A program made the translations under genes and the position numbers. From NCBI GenBank assembly GCA_002897855.1, contig BDTO01000080.1, positions 5,623 to 69,622 of the forward strand: a stretch of DNA of 64,000 nucleotides, read 5' to 3'. The notes under the pieces were generated by a model. It saw only the letters and a list, made by a program, of their open reading frames with translations, made no database searches and was not told where the DNA came from. This stretch comes from a bacterium BMS3Bbin05 (GTDB lineage: Bacteria > Nitrospirota > Thermodesulfovibrionia > Thermodesulfovibrionales > BMS3Bbin05). Shown in pieces: positions 55,594-64,000 of this stretch; position 1 is the first letter of the stretch; every line of letters begins with the position of its first letter.

Positions 55594-56576
55594 TGAAAGA
55601 TACTGATGCACTGAAAGATCGGATATTTGATCTGAAGGCAAAGAGGAATGCTATTATACTCTCCCACAATTATCAGCGGGATGAGGTTCAGGATGTTGCT
55701 GATTTTGTAGGCGATTCTCTGGAACTGTCAAGACGGGCTGCTGATATCGACTGCGATGTCATTGTTTTCTGCGGTGTAAATTTCATGGCTGAGAGCGCAT
55801 CTATTCTTTCTCCCGGCAAGACGGTTCTCCTGCCCGAAATCGGCGCAAACTGTCCCATGGCAGACATGATCCGGGTCAGCTCGGAAAGAAAGGTATGGAA
55901 GTCCTTCCCCGGCTATAAAGAACAGCCCGCTTTTGCATACCCCCATGATTTTACTCTGAGAGATATCAGGGCACAGTATCCAGGTGCGCCGGTTGTCGCC
56001 TATGTAAACACTACTGCGGAGGTAAAGGCTGAGAGTGATATATGTTGCACTTCTTCGAATGTCATAAAGGTCGTCGAGTCCCTTCAGCAGGAAGAGGTTA
56101 TCTGCATCCCGGACAAGAATCTTTCGATGTGGGCTGCAAAGAACACCGGTAAAAAGATAATTGCATGGGACGGATTCTGCCATGTACATGACAGAATAAC
56201 TGCAGCAGATGTTGAAAAGGCCGGAATGGAGCACCCTGATGCCGTCCTTATGGCTCACCCCGAGTGCAGGATGGAGGTGCTTAAGGCAGCTGATTATGTG
56301 ACGAGTACCTCGGGGATGCTGCGATTTGCCCGGTCTTCGGATGCGGGCGAGTTTATAGTCGGTACCGAAGTGGGTCTTATGTACAGATTGAGGAAAGAAA
56401 ATCCGGAAAAGATTTTTCATCCTCTCAGAAAAGACATGATCTGCCCAAACATGAAAAAAACAAGGCTTGAAAGCATCCTAACCGCCCTCACCAAAATGGT
56501 TAATATCATAAAGGTGCCTGAAGATATCCGCATCCCGGCAAAGAAGTCACTGGACAGAATGCTCGAGATAAAATAA
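55593..56576 (+). CDS. nadA: quinolinate synthase
   Basis: 327 aa. ILSHNYQ..EVQD.ADFVGDSL.LS and later HPEC and TSG motifs. Confidence 0.9.
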   Translation: MKDTDALKDRIFDLKAKRNAIILSHNYQRDEVQDVADFVGDSLELSRRAADIDCDVIVFCGVNFMAESASILSPGKTVLLPEIGANCPMADMIRVSSERKVWKSFPGYKEQPAFAYPHDFTLRDIRAQYPGAPVVAYVNTTAEVKAESDICCTSSNVIKVVESLQQEEVICIPDKNLSMWAAKNTGKKIIAWDGFCHVHDRITAADVEKAGMEHPDAVLMAHPECRMEVLKAADYVTSTSGMLRFARSSDAGEFIVGTEVGLMYRLRKENPEKIFHPLRKDMICPNMKKTRLESILTALTKMVNIIKVPEDIRIPAKKSLDRMLEIK

Positions 56577-56632
56577 GATAAAAATTCCGGTATCAGGCCC
56601 TGCGGAATGCAATATTATTAAGTTGCAGGTCG

Positions 56633-57502
56633 ATGTCAATACGTGAAAATCTGAAAAAAATTGTATATTATCTTTCAGGCGAGATAGGTCCGAGAAGTTA
56701 CCTCCGCACCGAAGCCCTCAGGAAATCAGCCGCATATATTATTTCGGAATTCGGTGGATATGGCTACGATGTCTTTTCCCGGCCTTATACTGTCAAAGAC
56801 AGAATATATGAGAACATATATGTTGAGAAAAAAGGGGTACGCTATCCGGAAAAGATTCTGGTAGTGGGCGCCCATTATGATACGGCAACCGGTACACCCG
56901 GCGCGGATGATAATGCCAGCGGCATAGCGGGACTTCTTGAGCTTGCAAGACTTGTCAAGGAAATGACGTTTGACAAGACTGTTCGCTTTGCAGCCTTTAC
57001 ACTTGAGGAGCCGCCTTTTTATAGAACTGAAAATATGGGAAGCTACAGATTCGCAAAAAGTCTCAGGGATAATGGCGAGGATATTGAAGGTATGATATGC
57101 ATTGAAATGATAGGGTATTTTAGTGACCTTCCGAAGAGCCAGTTCTTTCCGGCAACTTTTTTTAAATGGTTTTATCCTGAACAGGGGAATTTCATTCTTC
57201 TGGCCGGCAACCTGAGTTCAAAAGGCTTCCTGTTGAAGGTAAAAGAGGGTTTTGAGAAAGGCTCGGACCTGCCTGTTGAATCAATATCGACCTTGCCCCT
57301 CGTCCCTGGAATTGATTTTTCGGATAACTGGGCATTCTATAAGATGGGCTACAATGCGGTTATGGTTACCGATACGGCTTTTTACCGCAACCCGTATTAC
57401 CATGACGCCGGAGATACACCCGATACGCTTGATTATGATAGAATGGCCGATGTGGTGACGGGCTTGAGATCTGCTATCCTGGCATTTGCAGTGGATGGAT
57501 AA
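56633..57502 (+). CDS. M28-family aminopeptidase
   Basis: 289 aa. VVGAHYDT....PGADDNASGIAGLLELAR zinc-ligand region. Confidence 0.8.
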   Translation: MSIRENLKKIVYYLSGEIGPRSYLRTEALRKSAAYIISEFGGYGYDVFSRPYTVKDRIYENIYVEKKGVRYPEKILVVGAHYDTATGTPGADDNASGIAGLLELARLVKEMTFDKTVRFAAFTLEEPPFYRTENMGSYRFAKSLRDNGEDIEGMICIEMIGYFSDLPKSQFFPATFFKWFYPEQGNFILLAGNLSSKGFLLKVKEGFEKGSDLPVESISTLPLVPGIDFSDNWAFYKMGYNAVMVTDTAFYRNPYYHDAGDTPDTLDYDRMADVVTGLRSAILAFAVDG

Positions 57503-57596
57503 TTTTACCAACCTTTTTCTTTAAAGATATCCCGGAATATTTTTTCTTCGAAGATCAGCGGATATCCGTATTAATCTGCGGCCCAAAATTCTTTTT

Positions 57597-57625
57597 TTGA
57601 CAATTTTACCTGATTATGTTTAAAT
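57597..57625 (+). promoter_or_regulatory. sigma70-like promoter of the pyr operon
   Basis: TTGACA (57597..57602), a 17-nt spacer, then TTAAAT. Confidence 0.5.
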
Positions 57626-57635
57626 AGTATAGCTT

Positions 57636-59241
<1,606 letters not shown>

Positions 59242-59250
59242 GGTGTTGAA

Positions 59251-60588
59251 ATGATTATTTTGATAGTAAACGGACATATTATCGACCCACGCAATGAAAT
59301 GTATGGCCTGGGAGATATCGTCATTGAAAACTGGAAGATAAAAGAGATTAGATACAGGGAATCAAAGCCGGGACAGGGTAATCCGGAAAGTGAAGGCGAT
59401 TCGTTTGTTCAACAGTTTCCCGAATCTCCGGAAATAATCGATGCCTCCGGACTTTATGTCATGCCCGGTCTTGTTGACATGCATGTTCATTTGAGGGAGC
59501 CCGGTTATGAATACAAGGAGACAATAAAGTCAGGGACCATGGCTGCTGTGAGGGGCGGTTTTACGTCTGTCTGTTGCATGCCCGACACAAAACCCGTGAA
59601 CGATAATGAAACTGTTACAGAATTCATACTTCGCAAGGCCTATGCAGAGGGTGCATGCTATGTTTATCCGATAGGCGCTGTTACGAAGGGACAGGAGGGC
59701 CGGGAGCTTGCCGAGATGGGAATGATGCGGGAAGCCGGCTGTGTAGCTTTTTCCGATGATGGTATGCCTGTAAAGAACAGCCTGATTATGAGGAGGGCGC
59801 TTGAATATTCGAGGACTTTTGGCGCCCCTGTAATTTCTCATGCCGAGGATATTGACCTTACGGCTTGCGGTGTAATGAATGAAGGATATCTGTCAACTCT
59901 TCTCGGTCTGAAAGGAATCCCGAGAGAGGCTGAAGTAATCATGATCAAGAGGGATATAGACCTGGCATTGCTGACGGGAGGCAGGCTCCATATTGCCCAC
60001 GTCTCTACTGAAGAAGGGGTAAATGCCATCAGGGAGGCCAAGAGGGCGGGGATCAATGTAACCGCCGAGACATGCCCCCATTATTTCACGATTACCGAAG
60101 ATGCTGTTAAGGATTACAATACCGATGCGAAGGTGAATCCACCGCTCAGGACTGAGAAGGATATAGCTGCAATCAAGGAGGGGTTATCTGATGATACCAT
60201 TGATGTTATTGCAACAGATCATGCTCCGCACCACAGAGACGAAAAGCTGTGTGAATTTGACAGTGCGGCTTCCGGTATTTCCGGCCTGGAAACAGCCCTC
60301 CCTCTTGGACTGAAACTTGTTGAGGAAGGCGTTCTTGACCTCTCTCACTTAATCCGGAAGATGTCCCTTAATCCTTCCGATATCCTTGGTCTGGACAGGG
60401 GAGTTCTCCGGGAAGGTTCTGATGCGGCTCTTGTAATAGTGGATATGGACAGCGAGTTCGAGGTAGAACCGGAGAAATTTGTCTCAAAAGGTAAAAACAC
60501 GCCCTTTAAGGGTATGTATTTGAAAGGCAGGCCTGTTGTAACAATATGCAAGGGAAGGATATATGATTTCAGGGCGGAAAGACCATGA
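59251..60588 (+). CDS. pyrC: dihydroorotase
   Basis: 445 aa. PGLVDMHVHLREPG, and an ATDHAPH motif. Confidence 0.9.
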   Translation: MIILIVNGHIIDPRNEMYGLGDIVIENWKIKEIRYRESKPGQGNPESEGDSFVQQFPESPEIIDASGLYVMPGLVDMHVHLREPGYEYKETIKSGTMAAVRGGFTSVCCMPDTKPVNDNETVTEFILRKAYAEGACYVYPIGAVTKGQEGRELAEMGMMREAGCVAFSDDGMPVKNSLIMRRALEYSRTFGAPVISHAEDIDLTACGVMNEGYLSTLLGLKGIPREAEVIMIKRDIDLALLTGGRLHIAHVSTEEGVNAIREAKRAGINVTAETCPHYFTITEDAVKDYNTDAKVNPPLRTEKDIAAIKEGLSDDTIDVIATDHAPHHRDEKLCEFDSAASGISGLETALPLGLKLVEEGVLDLSHLIRKMSLNPSDILGLDRGVLREGSDAALVIVDMDSEFEVEPEKFVSKGKNTPFKGMYLKGRPVVTICKGRIYDFRAERP

Positions 60589-61721
60589 ATAAGGCATTGC
60601 TGGTCCTTGCGGACGGGATGGTTTTTGAAGGGGAGTCTTTTGGCGCCGGGGGAGAGACGATCGGTGAAGTGGTTTTCAATACATCCATGGCCGGTTATCA
60701 GGAGATACTTTCGGATCCGTCATATAAGGGGCAAATAGTAACGATGACATACACACAGATGGGCAACTATGGTGTTAATGAAGAGGACATCGAATCTGAG
60801 GGAGGGCCGAAGACTGAAGGATTTATTGTGAGGGAGTATCTCGATTATTCCGGCAACTGGCGCTCTAAAAAGTCACTTGGTGAATATCTCAGGGAATCCG
60901 GCATAGTTGGGATACAGGCTGTGGATACCAGGGCGCTGACACGACACATCAGGGATCGTGGAGTGCAGATGGGGATAATTTCAACGGAAGACCTGAACCC
61001 TTCGAGCCTTTATGAAAAGGTGGTTGCACATCCCGGTATCGCGGGAGTGGACCTGGTCAGGTTTGTGACTACAGATAAAGAGTATAAGTGGTATGAAAAG
61101 GTCTGGCAATGGGGCCCGTGTAAGAAGGAAGCGCCGGTGCCCAGTCCCCGACCCGCAACCCCATCTGTTATTGTCTACGATTTCGGGGTTAAATTTAATA
61201 TTTTGCGCAACCTTGCCGGCGCCGGATTTGATATAACAGTGGTGCCGGCTCAAACTCCGGCAGAAGCGGTACTTGAAATGAATCCCGACGGTATCCTGCT
61301 CAGTAACGGGCCGGGGGACCCGGGAGCAGTAACGTACGGCATTGACAATGCCGGGAAACTTATAGGTAAAAAGCCTGTCTTCGGGATATGTCTTGGCCAT
61401 CAGATACTCGGCCTTGCACTTGGGGGTTCTACTTACAAACTGAAATTTGGTCACCATGGTGGCAACCATCCGGTAAAGGACCTTGTTACGGGAAAGGTCG
61501 AAATTACCTCGCAGAACCATAATTATTGTGTTGCCATCGAGAGCATTGGTGACAGGGTGCGGCTTACGCACAGAAACCTTTATGATGGTACGGAAGAAGG
61601 GATGGAACATGTAGAACTTCCTATAATGTCGGTTCAGCACCATCCCGAAGCGGGGCCGGGGCCGAATGATTCAAGGCACATATTTGTCAGATTCAGGAAT
61701 ATGATAGAAGAATATAAGTAG
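60585..61721 (+). CDS. carA: carbamoyl-phosphate synthase small (glutaminase) subunit
   Basis: 378 aa. GEVVFNT.M.GYQE..DPSY.GQI and the GATase triad region GICLGHQ ... HHPE. Confidence 0.93.
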   Translation: MNKALLVLADGMVFEGESFGAGGETIGEVVFNTSMAGYQEILSDPSYKGQIVTMTYTQMGNYGVNEEDIESEGGPKTEGFIVREYLDYSGNWRSKKSLGEYLRESGIVGIQAVDTRALTRHIRDRGVQMGIISTEDLNPSSLYEKVVAHPGIAGVDLVRFVTTDKEYKWYEKVWQWGPCKKEAPVPSPRPATPSVIVYDFGVKFNILRNLAGAGFDITVVPAQTPAEAVLEMNPDGILLSNGPGDPGAVTYGIDNAGKLIGKKPVFGICLGHQILGLALGGSTYKLKFGHHGGNHPVKDLVTGKVEITSQNHNYCVAIESIGDRVRLTHRNLYDGTEEGMEHVELPIMSVQHHPEAGPGPNDSRHIFVRFRNMIEEYK

Positions 61722-62354
61722 ATGAATGAAAACAGTATATATACTCTGAAAGAAAACGGTGATATTGTAACATTAAAAACGGCGTCATTCAGGGCGGAAC
61801 GGGGAAGTGTACTACACAGCGGGATTTTTAACAGGGAACTGGCTTCAAGTTTTCTGGCGGCGACTGCCGCGGTGACAGTGCTGATTCTTTTTGCGGTCTT
61901 TTCTGAATTGCACCTTGTAAGTTATGTTATTGTTTTAGTTGTGTTTATTGTTGTCTTACCCCTGTCCAGGATATATGTATTCGGGGAAACATATATCGAA
62001 ACGGTGTTTGACAGGGGCTCGAAGACCGTTTCAGTGCATCTGAAAAGAGCGGTTGGCAGCAGAAAGATTAAAAAGTCCATGGATTCATTAAGGGATATTA
62101 CTATAGATCATATAAGGATTGAGCCCGAAAATCCCGACGGGATAGCCATAGTTGAAAAGATTGCACTTCAGCACGGCACTGTAATTCCCGGGTTTGGTGA
62201 GGTCAAGGAATTTTATAATGTAGATTTGAAGTTTGAAGATGCCGGTTATACTGTATTGAGTACATCTTCTGAAGATGATGCCAGGGCTGTTGTTGAGACT
62301 CTGAAGAAATATATTGAAGATTCTCTGCAGCAAGCTGGCAAGCCTGCAAGTTGA
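61722..62354 (+). CDS. hypothetical two-TM membrane protein inserted between carA and carB
   Basis: 210 aa. The ATG directly abuts the carA stop. Two adjacent hydrophobic helices (FLAATAAVTVLILFAVF / VSYVIVLVVFIVVLPL) and a soluble C-terminal half. No family recognised. Confidence 0.5.
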   Translation: MNENSIYTLKENGDIVTLKTASFRAERGSVLHSGIFNRELASSFLAATAAVTVLILFAVFSELHLVSYVIVLVVFIVVLPLSRIYVFGETYIETVFDRGSKTVSVHLKRAVGSRKIKKSMDSLRDITIDHIRIEPENPDGIAIVEKIALQHGTVIPGFGEVKEFYNVDLKFEDAGYTVLSTSSEDDARAVVETLKKYIEDSLQQAGKPAS

Positions 62355-62395
62355 CAAGCTCATTGGCTCAGTAGCAAAGAAAGAAAAAACTTTTT

Positions 62396-62500
62396 GGCCA
62401 CAGACGGACACGGACTTAAAGAGAAAAATAGAGGGCTATATGATGGTTTTAGAATAAAAAGAAAGAATCTTTTAAAAAAGTCTGTGAGAGTCTGTGGCAA
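62396..62500. repeat. Dispersed repeat family 2, inverted copy of 8299..8392
   Basis: ggccacagacggacacggac...gggctatat.atggtttta.aa.aaaaagaaag..tcttttaaaaaagtctgtg..gtctgtggca aligns to the reverse complement of 8299..8392 at roughly 80% identity by eye. Confidence 0.8.
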
Positions 62501-62580
62501 ATAAAGAAGGGTGTTGGGGGTTAGTGGTTAGGAATTGGTAAAAAACCAAACCCTAATCCCCCGTTAAAGGTGAACTGGAA

Positions 62581-64000
62581 TTGCCTAAGAGAGACGACAT
62601 AAGAAAGATCCTACTGATCGGTTCAGGCCCCATAGTTATAGGCCAGGCGTGTGAGTTTGATTATTCCGGGGCGCAGGCATGTAAGGCGCTTCGGGAAGAG
62701 GGATATACGGTCATACTTGTCAACTCAAATCCTGCAACTATCATGACTGACCCTGATATGGCGGATGTGACATATATTGAACCTTTGACGCCGGAGATTC
62801 TTGAGTTGATCATTGAAAAGGAGAGGCCCGATGCACTGCTTCCGACAATGGGCGGGCAGACCGCACTCAACCTCTCTGTTGACCTCGCTAAGGCAGGTGT
62901 CTTCGATCGTTTCGGCGTTGAACTCATTGGTGCAAATATTACTGCGATTGAGAAGGCGGAGGACAGGGATCTCTTCAAGAATGCAATGATGAAGATCGGT
63001 CTTGAAATCCCGAGGTCATCGGCTGTCAATAAACTGGAGAAAGGACTTGAAATAATAGAATATGTAGGATTCCCGGCAATCCTCAGACCTGCGTTTACGC
63101 TTGGTGGTACAGGCGGGGCGGTTGCCTACAATATGGAGGAGTACAAAATACTTCTCGAAAATGCACTCAAGCTCAGTCCGGTATCACAGGTCCTTGTCGA
63201 AGAGTCTGTAATAGGATGGAAGGAATACGAACTCGAGGTAATGAGAGACAATGCGGACAATGTTGTTATTATCTGTTCTATTGAGAATTTTGATCCCATG
63301 GGTGTTCATACGGGAGATTCCATAACCGTTGCGCCGGCGCAGACTCTTACCGACAAAGAGTACCAGAGGATGAGGGATGCAGCAGTCAGTATAATCAGGG
63401 AAATAGGTGTTGATACAGGTGGAAGCAACATCCAGTTTGCCCTTAATCCGGAGGATGGGAAGATGGTGATTATAGAGATGAATCCAAGAGTCTCCCGTTC
63501 ATCGGCACTTGCTTCGAAGGCAACCGGTTTCCCCATTGCAAAGATTGCTGCAAAACTGGCGGTGGGGCTGACCCTTGACGAAATTCCGAATGATATAACA
63601 AGAGAGACACCTGCAAGCTTTGAACCGACTATTGACTATGTAGTGACAAAAGTGCCGAGATTTGCATTTGAAAAATTTCCGGAGGCCGATCCGGTCCTGA
63701 CTACACAAATGAAATCAGTAGGCGAGGTGATGTCAGTTGGCAGAACATTCAAGGAGTCTTTGCAGAAGGCTATCAGGAGCCTGGAGATAGACAGTTATGG
63801 ATTTGAGGAAAAGAATGGCGATTCGGATGAGATAAGAGAGAGGCTGAAAATACCTGACAGTGAGAGGCTCTGGTATATCGCACAGGCATTCAGGGAAGGG
63901 GTTGATCTTCAGGAAATTTACGAACTGACGAAGATTGATCCGTGGTTTCTGAATAATATCAGAGAGATTGTTGAATTCGAAGCAGAGATCCGGGATGCAG
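62581..64000 (+). CDS. carB: carbamoyl-phosphate synthase large subunit (5' part; continues beyond the window)
   Basis: Not in the ORF track because no stop falls in the window. The TTG start is preceded by AAAGGTGA. My translation reads (M)[57 protein letters not shown].., and it stays open to position 64000. Confidence 0.9.
   Translation, partial: MPKRDDIRKILLIGSGPIVIGQACEFDYSGAQACKALREEGYTVILVNSNPATIMTDPDMADVTYIEPLTPEILELIIEKERPDALLPTMGGQTALNLSVDLAKAGVFDRFGVELIGANITAIEKAEDRDLFKNAMMKIGLEIPRSSAVNKLEKGLEIIEYVGFPAILRPAFTLGGTGGAVAYNMEEYKILLENALKLSPVSQVLVEESVIGWKEYELEVMRDNADNVVIICSIENFDPMGVHTGDSITVAPAQTLTDKEYQRMRDAAVSIIREIGVDTGGSNIQFALNPEDGKMVIIEMNPRVSRSSALASKATGFPIAKIAAKLAVGLTLDEIPNDITRETPASFEPTIDYVVTKVPRFAFEKFPEADPVLTTQMKSVGEVMSVGRTFKESLQKAIRSLEIDSYGFEEKNGDSDEIRERLKIPDSERLWYIAQAFREGVDLQEIYELTKIDPWFLNNIREIVEFEAEIRDA

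Noticed and set aside
55728-56420. 230-aa minus-strand ORF
   Set aside because: It is antisense to nadA, whose identity is unambiguous, and it has no motifs.
60981-61643. 220-aa minus-strand ORF
   Set aside because: It is antisense to carA and has no motifs.

Overview
This 64-kb chromosomal window comes from a moderately AT-rich, probably anaerobic bacterium. The multihaem cytochromes, type-B succinate dehydrogenase/fumarate reductase (SDH/FRD), citramalate pathway and dispersed 'cccgac/ccacagac' repeats are reminiscent of Nitrospirota or Desulfobacterota MAGs, but the taxon cannot be established from here. All calls were made by eye from the supplied ORF translations and my own translation of unlisted frames; no search was run.

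Most of the window is housekeeping:
- queD, hpt, htpG
- an aspartate-family block: cimA, lysC, an ApgM-like 'alternative homoserine kinase', thrC, hom
- glgB-malQ, lipA, mazG, csp, rimI, surE-pcm, sdhCAB
- a liv-type ABC transporter
- nadA
- a pyrR-pyrB-pyrC-carA-x-carB operon with a recognisable PyrR attenuator

Three things stand out:
1. A compact operon (20.8-25.7 kb) encodes a single-polypeptide FliF-ring-motif/FliG-like fusion, MotA, two MotB paralogs (one lacking the channel Asp) and a secreted TPR protein. It is followed on the same strand by a 19-haem and two hexahaem c-type cytochromes. No other flagellar genes lie in the window. This is my best candidate for an undescribed rotor/stator-type system.
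2. A protein-thiocarboxylate module is embedded among threonine/homoserine genes. It comprises a MoaD-like carrier ending GG-ISQ, a JAMM protease, a Zn-ribbon ThrC paralog and a NIL-domain protein, with a TusA-like protein and a MoeB/ThiF E1 in the hom operon. This suggests sulfur-carrier-dependent homocysteine synthesis from O-phosphohomoserine.
3. The window is rich in small non-autonomous repeats. These include a ~154-bp MITE-like element (4 copies), two other dispersed repeat families, and a composite insertion (repeat + 14-bp array + truncated GIY-YIG gene + 21-bp array) splitting livH from livM.

No rRNA, tRNA or CRISPR array was seen.
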